This document shows positions 8,588 through 16,468 of a stretch of 64,000 nucleotides of DNA, one piece after another; the stretch's first letter is position 1, and the number at the start of each line of letters is the position of its first letter. A program made the position numbers and the translations under genes. The notes beneath the pieces were generated by a model that saw only the letters and a list, made by a program, of their open reading frames with translations, had not been told where the DNA came from and made no database searches. The stretch comes from a virus (taxonomy: Duplodnaviria; Caudoviricetes): positions 1 through 64,000 of IMG/VR virus record IMGVR_UViG_3300048819_000142; one strand, written 5' to 3'.

Positions 8588-8860
8588 CTAGCGAAGCACA
8601 AGTACTACCTTACCGTCTTCCTCCTTAATATACGGCTTGAACGCGATCCACACCTTAGCGTCGCGCAGCCACCTTACCACAGCGTCAGTGTCCTCAACAG
8701 GGACAGCAACGCTCAGCGGTTCGTCTCCCATAAAGACCGAATCCACTACCTCCAGTTCAGACTCTTGAGCGTAGAAGCTCCTGAGCGCTGCAACCTGCAC
8801 GTCCTGCGTACTGCTGCAGTCCATGTAGTCTTCGTTGTATAGCATATCGTTGTTCATCAT
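8588..8860 (-). CDS. Hypothetical protein
   Basis: AGGAGAACTAACATG start. Confidence 0.7.
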   Translation of the reverse strand: MMNNDMLYNEDYMDCSSTQDVQVAALRSFYAQESELEVVDSVFMGDEPLSVAVPVEDTDAVVRWLRDAKVWIAFKPYIKEEDGKVVLVLR

Positions 8861-8938
8861 GTTAGTTCTCCTTCACGTTGACTGCAAAGCCGGAATGTCC
8901 CGCCGGCTCGGTGAATACGCTTGGTCACTAGCTAGGAC

Positions 8939-9172
8939 CTACAGTACGTTACAACCGATCAACTTCGCGATGTTCTTCGTGTGTTGTAGCTCTTCTTTAT
9001 GGCGCCTCACCGTCTCGTCCGTTACTTCCGGATACATACCTTTCGCTTTTCTCCTCAGTATTTGATCATACTTGAGTTGCCGATCCCATATGGCGTCTCT
9101 CAGCGCATGCAGGTCGTAGTCGTCGACCGTGATGGTCATGTTACCTGTGACTTCGTTTGTTGATACCGTCAT
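8939..9172 (-). CDS. Hypothetical protein, first gene of the leftward operon
   Basis: AGGAGAATAACATG start. Confidence 0.7.
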   Translation of the reverse strand: MTVSTNEVTGNMTITVDDYDLHALRDAIWDRQLKYDQILRRKAKGMYPEVTDETVRRHKEELQHTKNIAKLIGCNVL

Positions 9173-9499
9173 GTTATTCTCCTGTTACTTCTTCGATTTT
9201 ACTTCTGAGTTTACTCGACGCATACGACCAGGAATATCTACTTCAAAAACCGTACACATACAGGGGGTCTGTTGAGTAAGATTTTCCTATATAGCCGCAC
9301 GCGCCCTCCGGCCCCCGCCGAGGCAAATTTTGAAAGCTCGCTGACTTGTGAGATTGAAGGAAAACTTCGAGACGATCTAAGACTTATACGAAAACTCAAC
9401 CCAACCCCCCTGTACCCGAGGGGAAAGAGGTAAGGTTTCATCTGCTGCAGGATTGTTGGTGGGATTTAGTGCTGAAGGAGTAAAACGAGGTACTGGGAG

Positions 9500-9900
9500 G
9501 GTACTGAAAATGTTGGCTCCCTAAGTAGGCAGTATTGGTGAACGTAGAGCCAAACACCCTTTGTTTTCAACAACTTATAGGTAGCGGTAAAATTTGCATC
9601 GGCACTACCATAGAAAACTGATTATTGGCACTTTTTACGACTTCGTATAGCTAACTTATTGATTCCAAAGAACCATCGGCTCTACCCTATATTGGGAATA
9701 TTGTTTCCCTATTGTCTTACGTAGAGACCAGTAGTTCTTTGTTTTCAATAGGTTATTGGGAGTGTTTATTGGATGTTGGCTCTACCAACATTTTCTCGTA
9801 GGATTTCACGTAAAAAAAATGTCCCTTTGTTTGTATAGCCAATATGTAGGCCGTAACTGTTGGCTAAGTTGTTAAAGGGAAAGGACAACAGGCACTACAA
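9500..9900. promoter_or_regulatory. AT-rich origin- or packaging-like region with about 9 TYGGCWCTAC-like iterons and IHF-like sites
   Basis: Motif copies at 9513, 9544(rc), 9599, 9625, 9676, 9721(rc), 9776, 9833(rc), 9890; perfect WATCAANNNNTTR (rc) at 9652-9664 and near-matches at 9565-9577 and 9743-9755. Confidence 0.6.
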
Positions 9901-10207
9901 AAGTGACAAGCGGACTCAAAAGGTGGGTGATAACTGTAATAGGAACAATAACGATGAACGAAGATTTGAGGAGGGATGCAGCTCGGCGGGTTGACTTGAG
10001 GATCGGCTGGTAGAGGATACTAACCACGAATCTATTGTATACTGTCGAAATCCAGAAGTACATCGCGAAGATTCCGCAAATGCAAAATAGATATCAGGAA
10101 TTGTTCGGTTTACAATGGAACTATTTCGTGGTACAATGGTTCTATAATCAGGAACCCTGTTAGCGCGAGCAATGGCGAGGGATCCTTACTAATGAGATCC
10201 TGGAAGG

Positions 10208-10714
10208 TTGTCGGAGCTCGCGACTCCGGCCTCCGGACTCCAGGATCTGGTTACCAGACTTATGGCACGATACAACGAAAACTTCGCACGGATGGTAGAG
10301 TACATGTCCCGGTCCCTCGACACCGAAACCCGGATGTCTCCCACTACGACACAAAATCTGCTGTCCCTGCCCCAAAACCTGGGAGCCAGGCTTCGGTTTC
10401 CAGATCCCGATGAGTGGATAAGGGATAAGACCCATTGGTTCCCAGACCCAGGGGCGCCCACGAGTGTGCGAGCGTGTACAATAAAGACGCGCAGCTACCC
10501 ATTGCACGTGGCAATGTACGCCGCAGTTTACGGCGAAATACCAGAAACTCTGGTCCCCCGAGCAGCTTGCGGGATGTCGTGGTGCGTGCGCCCAGACCAT
10601 CAGAAGCTCTTTACGTCCGGCCGAGGGCATAGGATTCCAGACATGCGGGACGACTTGGCCGCATTTCATCCATCACACCCGAGGCTCCTGGGGGCTGGGT
10701 TCCCTGTCCGCTGA
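10208..10714 (+). CDS. HNH-like Zn-binding domain protein with degenerate active site
   Basis: HVAMYAAVYGEIP...AACGMSWCVRPDH. Confidence 0.65.
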   Translation: MSELATPASGLQDLVTRLMARYNENFARMVEYMSRSLDTETRMSPTTTQNLLSLPQNLGARLRFPDPDEWIRDKTHWFPDPGAPTSVRACTIKTRSYPLHVAMYAAVYGEIPETLVPRAACGMSWCVRPDHQKLFTSGRGHRIPDMRDDLAAFHPSHPRLLGAGFPVR

Positions 10715-10761
10715 GGGATTTTCCCGTTCTCGGCTCTACAAAACACAGTATAATAGTATAT

Positions 10762-11019
10762 ATGGCAGACACATTGGCTGGGAAAGCGCGCGACCAGGAG
10801 CTTGGTCTTTATCGAAAGTACGAGGTGGTTCGGCTCAGTGATCCCGAAGGGAAGCACGAGGACTGCGAGTACTACGTCCTCGACTGGGAACACGACAAGT
10901 TCGCGCTGCCAGCAATGGAGGCATACGCCATGGCGTGCGAGGAGGAGTTCCCCAGGCTGGCGGAAGACATCAGGAAGAAGTTGACGGAGCGTGGCTACTA
11001 TGCCGATGATCAAGGGTGA
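10762..11019 (+). CDS. Conserved phage hypothetical protein
   Basis: GLYRKY.V.R..D..GKH.DC.YYVLD..HD..A..A..AYA pattern, recalled from phage proteins; TATAAT upstream. Confidence 0.7.
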   Translation: MADTLAGKARDQELGLYRKYEVVRLSDPEGKHEDCEYYVLDWEHDKFALPAMEAYAMACEEEFPRLAEDIRKKLTERGYYADDQG

Positions 11020-11212
11020 TTTTGTTGCTGACGAGGGTCAGCCGGAGTACTTCGAGATCAGCGACGCGCAGCTCCGAGCCAGCGTCCAGGACCTGTTCCA
11101 CGCGGACGTGGTCAAGCTCCACTCAGTTTCTGAGGTGCTGAAGATGTCGGAAGACAAGTGGCTGGTAAAGCTCTCGCCAGACATCGGCAAAAAGATGGGG
11201 AGGAAGAAGTAA
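11006..11212 (+). CDS. Hypothetical protein
   Basis: Packed ORF. Confidence 0.5.
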   Translation: MIKGDFVADEGQPEYFEISDAQLRASVQDLFHADVVKLHSVSEVLKMSEDKWLVKLSPDIGKKMGRKK

Positions 11213-11457
11213 TGGGCTGGTTTACTTTTGCATGCCTCGTCGGGGTCTTCTTATCCTCGGCATGGTGTTGGAGACAGTCAGACCGGAACAAGTTGACGGT
11301 CACGGACGTAGCGATCTTTGCTGCGTGGGCCATGCTGCTTGGCTTCTCTGCCTACGTCTGGTTGTCCAGGCCCCAAGTGAAGCCCCCTGTACCACGAGAA
11401 ATTACAGTATACGAGGGATTCCTGGCAAATGAAGCTACCGTTCCACCTAAAGCTTGA
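11212..11457 (+). CDS. Small membrane protein (2 TM)
   Basis: Two hydrophobic stretches; TAATG coupling. Confidence 0.6.
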   Translation: MGWFTFACLVGVFLSSAWCWRQSDRNKLTVTDVAIFAAWAMLLGFSAYVWLSRPQVKPPVPREITVYEGFLANEATVPPKA

Positions 11458-12094
11458 GAAGATGTGCACCATGGGGCGCCTGCTCGACAAGCACTGGGTC
11501 TTGACTGGCTCAAAGACGGTCCGGGTCCCAGGCTCCGGGATCGTGGTGACGACCAAGCGAGCCATTTATGCGGCCTTCGTTGGGGAGGTACCAGACGGGC
11601 ACGAGGTGGTGCCTGCCTGCGGGGTAGATTACTGCGTGAGGCCAGACCACCAGAAGCTGGAGGCCAGGGCAGCGAGTAGGGCGCGTGGTCTCGCATTGCC
11701 GGAATTCGTCGAGGCACTATCAAGGCCGTCTGTGCACCAGCCGAGGGAATCCCCCGGCATACTGCCTGAGGGTATCACGGTGATGAAGGTTAACCTAGTT
11801 AAATTCTACACTGTCAGGAATAATAGTCTGGAGGCTATTCGGCACGCCACTGGCCTGCCACTGCACGAGATAATGAAGATACGCAGTGGTGTGTATGATG
11901 AGGCGCTCCGGAACGTGACTGGGGCGACCAAGAAGCGAAAGGCGGAGAAGTCCTTGTACAGGACGAAGTCCGCCGCGGACCTTCCTGGTGTACTACCTCC
12001 CCCACCGCAGCACACAGCTGAGGAGTCCCCAGGTCCCGTCGCGTCAGAGGGCATGACGGAAGAAGAAAGGCAGTGGCTGGAGATGATGAAGTGA
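11429..12094 (+). CDS. HNH-like domain plus HTH-like region, degenerate active site
   Basis: RAIYAAFVGEVPDGHEVVPACGVDYCVRPDH; SLEAIRHATGLPLHEIMKIRSG is HTH-like. Confidence 0.7.
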   Translation: MKLPFHLKLEKMCTMGRLLDKHWVLTGSKTVRVPGSGIVVTTKRAIYAAFVGEVPDGHEVVPACGVDYCVRPDHQKLEARAASRARGLALPEFVEALSRPSVHQPRESPGILPEGITVMKVNLVKFYTVRNNSLEAIRHATGLPLHEIMKIRSGVYDEALRNVTGATKKRKAEKSLYRTKSAADLPGVLPPPPQHTAEESPGPVASEGMTEEERQWLEMMK

Positions 12095-12324
12095 TCACTA
12101 CTCGGAAGCGAGACATCAGCCTCCGCGTCAAGATGAAGGACCTCAACGTGATCCTCAGCTTGATGCAGGACATGGAAGAAGACCTCAGCGAGAGGGAGAC
12201 GCGAACGTTCGAGAGGCTCTATTCGATGGTGAGTCGTGCAGATTGGGCGTTCGAGGAACGAAGAAAGGGGCAACGAAGGCGTGACACAACAAGAAGCAGC
12301 AATAAGACTAAGAGACCTGTTTAG
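12091..12324 (+). CDS. Hypothetical protein
   Basis: GTGA overlap. Confidence 0.55.
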   Translation: MITTRKRDISLRVKMKDLNVILSLMQDMEEDLSERETRTFERLYSMVSRADWAFEERRKGQRRRDTTRSSNKTKRPV

Positions 12325-12877
12325 GGGATCGACGATCGGCTACGGCCTCGGCGGCGCGAAGGCGGGCGGGCTTCCAAACGTGAAGGTCGCATACTCCGCG
12401 AGGACTATCGCGGGGGCACCAGCCACAGCAAAGGAGTGGGTGCGACACCTTGATGGCGCGGAGAACAACCACCTTGGAATCGCTCCAGCCAGACTCGACG
12501 GCACGTGCTCATTCGCGGCGCTCGACATCGACTACGACGTGGGAGTCAGCATCCCGGAGCTAATCTCGAGGAAGTGGCCGGACACGCATGAGTGCCCATT
12601 GATCCCCGTGCTCAGCAAGAGCGGGTGGCTGCACCTGTTCTCATTCTTTAATCCACGGCCTATCGACGTGGCGAGGGCGCAGATGCTCTGCCACGTCCAC
12701 GACCTGCGGCTCGATCCCTCGAGGGTGGACATCTTCCCACGGCACGCGGCAAATATCTACCCGGACCAGGTCGGTTCGTGGATCTTCATGCCATACTTTG
12801 GGTCCAAAGGAGAACCCCTGTCGCTCGAGGAATTCATCGACCGGGCGGAAACTGAGGTGCTCAGGAGCCTTCCGTGA
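12281..12877 (+). CDS. Stand-alone archaeo-eukaryotic primase (AEP) catalytic domain
   Basis: WVRHLDG..LGI.P...CSFAALDID...SKSGWLHLF...IFP....GSWIFMPYF aligns by eye with the N-terminus of primase 56845-58377. Confidence 0.8.
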   Translation: MTQQEAAIRLRDLFRGSTIGYGLGGAKAGGLPNVKVAYSARTIAGAPATAKEWVRHLDGAENNHLGIAPARLDGTCSFAALDIDYDVGVSIPELISRKWPDTHECPLIPVLSKSGWLHLFSFFNPRPIDVARAQMLCHVHDLRLDPSRVDIFPRHAANIYPDQVGSWIFMPYFGSKGEPLSLEEFIDRAETEVLRSLP

Positions 12878-13080
12878 GGAAGGTGATCCGCCCAGGTAAG
12901 GCATTGGGCGGGGAGACGGTACCCAAGGACGGGTACCTGGTCCCCGTGAGCGTGCGGGAGCTGTATAACGACGGATTCATGCGATCACTGACGAACTGGA
13001 TCAGGGGTCGGGTGCTGTGCAAGTTTCCCCAGGGAGTTCCAGCTGACGTGGTGATACACATCAAGGGAGATAGCAAGTGA
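12874..13080 (+). CDS. Hypothetical protein
   Basis: GTGA overlaps. Confidence 0.55.
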   Translation: MRKVIRPGKALGGETVPKDGYLVPVSVRELYNDGFMRSLTNWIRGRVLCKFPQGVPADVVIHIKGDSK

Positions 13081-13511
13081 TCTGGTTGCACACGAGGTGG
13101 TTGAAGATCGTCGCGTGGTTCGTCGTTATGCAGATGTACCGCGACGGGGCGAAGGAGTTCAGGCGACGGATCGATGCCGTCGAACCAGTCAGCGTTTTCC
13201 AGGAGGGGGTGGTCCGTTGCTACCAGTGCTACGGGTTCCACACCCAGAAGACTTGCCCGCTCAGGAGACCGTTCGTCCGCGACGCTTACGACACGAGCGT
13301 GTCGAAGTGGTGGGTCAAGGCCTGGTCCAAGTACCTGCGGTGGAAGTACTATCCCGACATCCCGTTCGATAACGGGGAGGAGGCCCCGCAGGTCGTGCTC
13401 GATGAACTGGCCAAGGCTGAGGCGAAAGTTCAGGCACTACGGGAGAAGGATGAGCCGGTCAGCATCGAGGACATGCTCAAAAATCAGGAAGAAAAGGAGA
13501 AGATCAAATGA
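13077..13511 (+). CDS. Hypothetical protein (CYQC..H....C)
   Basis: Packed ORF with GGGAG RBS. Confidence 0.6.
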   Translation: MIWLHTRWLKIVAWFVVMQMYRDGAKEFRRRIDAVEPVSVFQEGVVRCYQCYGFHTQKTCPLRRPFVRDAYDTSVSKWWVKAWSKYLRWKYYPDIPFDNGEEAPQVVLDELAKAEAKVQALREKDEPVSIEDMLKNQEEKEKIK

Positions 13512-14008
13512 GGTTCTACATCGATGCAGAGTTCTGGGAGCGCGGGCCGAACTTTCCCATACAGTTGATCAGCATCGCCATCCATGCTGACAGCCGCGTG
13601 GACCTGTACCTGATCAACGAGGACTTCAACTGGGAGGAGTGCAACAGCGAGTGGTTGCACCAGAACGTGAAGCCACACCTCGATCAGGTGGTGGGGGTAT
13701 ACGCGAAGCACGCAGACATGGCGAAGATCATACTCGACTACGTCAGGAGGGAGACTTGCGGCTCCAAGCCCGAGTTCTGGGGATACTACTCAGACTACGA
13801 CTGGGTCGTGTTCTGCCAGATCTTTGGCAGCATGATCAATCTCCCCGAAGGTTTCCCCATGTACTGCCTCGACATCAAGCAGTTATGCGTCATGGTAGGC
13901 AATCCGACCCTTCCCAAGCAGGCGGAAGGGGAGCACAACGCACTGCTCGATGCTCGGTGGAACAGGAAGGCATACTATTACGTGGTAGCACAAGCTGCTA
14001 GGGAATAG
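13508..14008 (+). CDS. DEDDh 3'-5' exo(ribo)nuclease, Rv2179c-like
   Basis: YIDAEF, FWGYYSDYDWV, PMYCLD, HNALLDARW motifs. Confidence 0.88.
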   Translation: MRFYIDAEFWERGPNFPIQLISIAIHADSRVDLYLINEDFNWEECNSEWLHQNVKPHLDQVVGVYAKHADMAKIILDYVRRETCGSKPEFWGYYSDYDWVVFCQIFGSMINLPEGFPMYCLDIKQLCVMVGNPTLPKQAEGEHNALLDARWNRKAYYYVVAQAARE

Positions 14009-14016
14009 GAGGTGGG

Positions 14017-14250
14017 GTGGAAGACGACAAGATTGAGCTCGGACAACTGGACCAAGGCAACACGATCCTCACCCTTTTCAAAGGCAAGGGTCCTGACCTT
14101 GGCTTCGTCGGATTAGTCTTACGCGGGGCTCCGCTCGTCATGATCGGTGGCGAGCCCTTTCCCGCAATACGAATGTCGCCTGAACAGGCAAGGAACGTCG
14201 CGTTGGAACTCATGGAGTACGCGAACAAGGTGGAGGAAGAACCAGGCTGA
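14017..14250 (+). CDS. Hypothetical protein
   Basis: AGGAGG RBS. Confidence 0.6.
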   Translation: MEDDKIELGQLDQGNTILTLFKGKGPDLGFVGLVLRGAPLVMIGGEPFPAIRMSPEQARNVALELMEYANKVEEEPG

Positions 14251-14492
14251 TGCATTGTGGTGATGACGAGGAGATGGGCAAGGGCGACTGGTGGTTGGTG
14301 GTCGCCTTCCTGATATTCCTGCTGGCCTGCCTCGCGGGCGCGTACGAATCGATACAGAAGATGGAGCACAAGGGCAGATGGCAGCACGACACGAAATCGT
14401 CCGAATACCGAAAAAAATACGGATTGACCCTAACTATTTTACTTTTGTCGCAAAAATTCAAAACATCTTTAAAGTACCTTATTGTATTATAG
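14250..14492 (+). CDS. Small membrane protein
   Basis: Hydrophobic segment; TGATG coupling. Confidence 0.45.
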   Translation: MHCGDDEEMGKGDWWLVVAFLIFLLACLAGAYESIQKMEHKGRWQHDTKSSEYRKKYGLTLTILLLSQKFKTSLKYLIVL

Positions 14493-14516
14493 GTCTTTGG
14501 GGGTTTACACATACTC

Positions 14517-15770
14517 GTGAAGAATGCCATTGCGTCAGTACTAGTGTGCTTTTGCTGCGCTATAGCAGTTTTGTCACAGGAAACATTTGATTTCAGCACT
14601 GCGCAAAAGGTCATACCCTACTCAATAAGACCAGATCTCCCTGGGATATGCTCCCCTGGACAGTTAATAAGGATATCAACGACCGATGTCTTGTACCTTT
14701 GCGAGTTGGATAATAAGTGGCACCCATTTGGAAATGCGGTGTATTCTAAATTCTCTAGTTTGCAGAATCCACAAACAACAGTGCTGTATTTGATGACAGA
14801 CGCATCGTCTAGCGGAACTTGCAGTGGCGGTGGAACAGGCTATTCACTATGCGTGTGGGATGGCTCATCATATGTGGCTGTTGGTGCAGCGGGCACCACT
14901 GGCTCTACCGGCGCCACAGGTGTGACGGGATCGACAGGCGCAACGGGTGCGACCGGGGCGACTGGAAGTACGGGCGCGACGGGATCGACAGGCGCAACGG
15001 GTCCAACGGGCGCGACGGGGAGTACGGGAAATCTTGGTAGCACGGTATTTTCGTCTGCTACCTCGTGGACGATGAGCAACGCGGATCTTTACGACCGCAT
15101 CGTCTTCACGGGCACCTCAGCGGTGACAATTACAACGGTTGCGCCGATCAGTTCGACATGGTGGGCGCAATACTGTAACGCCACAACGCAAACGATGACA
15201 TTAGTTAGCTCGACGGCCTACTACACGGCTTCTTCTGGGAGTACCAGCACTTCGAACTACCTTGTTGCTGCGCCTTCCTCGGGAATGTCTTGCATAACCG
15301 TTTCGACAAACGGGACATACTATGGATTCAACTTTCCGCTGGGGGCGACTGGACCAGCGGGGCCATCGGGGCCTACCGGTTCAGTTGGCCCGACAGGCGC
15401 GAACGGCGCGGGGTCTTCGTTCGGCGCATCGTTCGGGAGCCCTTCGAATACCAGCGCACTCACATCCGGTTCGACATCAACGATCTATTTTTCTGTTGGG
15501 CACGCCTGCACGATCAATAGCTGGAACATTTCAGTGGACGCCGGAACGGTTACGTTCGACGTCTGGAAGATTGCGACTGGCACGGCGATACCAACCGTAT
15601 CGAATACGATTACGGCATCGGCGCTACCAGCACTTTCCACCGGCACCAACAGGTACTCCACGACCTTGACCGGGTGGACGACATCCGTTTCAGCTAACGA
15701 TGTGATCGGCATCAACATCAACGCGGTCGCGACTGCCAAATACGCTTCTCTTGTTGTGGGGTGCTCGTAA
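14517..15770 (+). CDS. Signal-peptide-bearing collagen-like (G-X-T) fibre protein
   Basis: [20 protein letters not shown] signal; GATGST repeats at about 14892-15030 and 15342-15410; beta-sandwich-like C-terminus typical of phage fibres. Confidence 0.75.
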   Translation: MKNAIASVLVCFCCAIAVLSQETFDFSTAQKVIPYSIRPDLPGICSPGQLIRISTTDVLYLCELDNKWHPFGNAVYSKFSSLQNPQTTVLYLMTDASSSGTCSGGGTGYSLCVWDGSSYVAVGAAGTTGSTGATGVTGSTGATGATGATGSTGATGSTGATGPTGATGSTGNLGSTVFSSATSWTMSNADLYDRIVFTGTSAVTITTVAPISSTWWAQYCNATTQTMTLVSSTAYYTASSGSTSTSNYLVAAPSSGMSCITVSTNGTYYGFNFPLGATGPAGPSGPTGSVGPTGANGAGSSFGASFGSPSNTSALTSGSTSTIYFSVGHACTINSWNISVDAGTVTFDVWKIATGTAIPTVSNTITASALPALSTGTNRYSTTLTGWTTSVSANDVIGININAVATAKYASLVVGCS

Positions 15771-16468
15771 TGCGCACTTTTTTTCTGGTGCTGCTCTCGG
15801 TGCTGCCAGCTTCAGCGACACTTTCCGTAGTGCAGTCAACCTCAAACTGGAACCCCGGAACGGTCGCCACGCTCGTATTCGGCACGGCACCGACGCAGGG
15901 TAATCTCCTGCTGGTGGGTTGCGGCGTGCAGTACGGAACCGCCTGCACGGTTCCTTCAGGATGGACTTCGATTGTGTCCGGTACCGGGAATCACAACATT
16001 CAGGTACTCAAGCACGTTGTTGGGGCAAGCGAGACCAATAGCTACCCTTTCACGAACTCCGGGTACGCTGGTATAGCGGGGTACGAAGTAACCGGGTTCC
16101 GAACCTCTGGCGGTAACACCGACGTCATAGGCTCTCCGGCTGTTTCCGGTAACATAGTCAGCAGTTTCACGAGTTCCGCCGTCACCCCCACTGTGATCGG
16201 CGATCTCGCGTTAACATTCTGGGTAATGACCGAGAATTCGGGCGGATCGGCAACTGTAAGCTCAGGATGGGTCGTCGATGCACTCACGAACGGCAGCAAT
16301 AACAATATCGGATTATCTAGCTGTACGGCACTGACGACCGACACGAGCACGGCCATTACCAACGTGTATGCTCCGTCGAACCACCCTCAGTCGTACATCG
16401 CGGCGGTGGCGGTTTTAGTGGCTCCTCTGGTCACGGTGGCTATCCAAAGTTCGGTAATATTTCAATGA
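15770..16468 (+). CDS. Signal-peptide-bearing beta-rich (S/T/G) protein
   Basis: [16 protein letters not shown] signal; TAATG coupling. Confidence 0.75.
   Translation: MRTFFLVLLSVLPASATLSVVQSTSNWNPGTVATLVFGTAPTQGNLLLVGCGVQYGTACTVPSGWTSIVSGTGNHNIQVLKHVVGASETNSYPFTNSGYAGIAGYEVTGFRTSGGNTDVIGSPAVSGNIVSSFTSSAVTPTVIGDLALTFWVMTENSGGSATVSSGWVVDALTNGSNNNIGLSSCTALTTDTSTAITNVYAPSNHPQSYIAAVAVLVAPLVTVAIQSSVIFQ

Larger units (their letters stand above)
8137..8941 (-). repeat. Repeated structured intergenic elements: 17-bp TAGGTCCTAGSTAGTGA (8218-8234, 8574-8590, 8925-8941) and 41/42-bp ACAGGAGAATGGCTCCCTCCTGC(A)TAGATCTTGAGCCGAGGA (8137-8178, 8498-8538)
   Basis: Directly visible; each element starts at the TAG stop of the upstream gene. 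Confidence 0.9.

Noticed and set aside
8137-8590. Fluoride or preQ1-I riboswitch, hammerhead or HDV ribozyme
   Set aside because: Only superficial similarity; lacks the fluoride 3' motif, the preQ1 A-rich tail and the CUGAUGA/GAAA or HDV cores
7010-8941. CRISPR mini-array or integron attC cassettes
   Set aside because: Repeats are separated by whole genes rather than 30-40 bp spacers; no RYYYAAC/GTTRRRY boxes, cas or integrase genes
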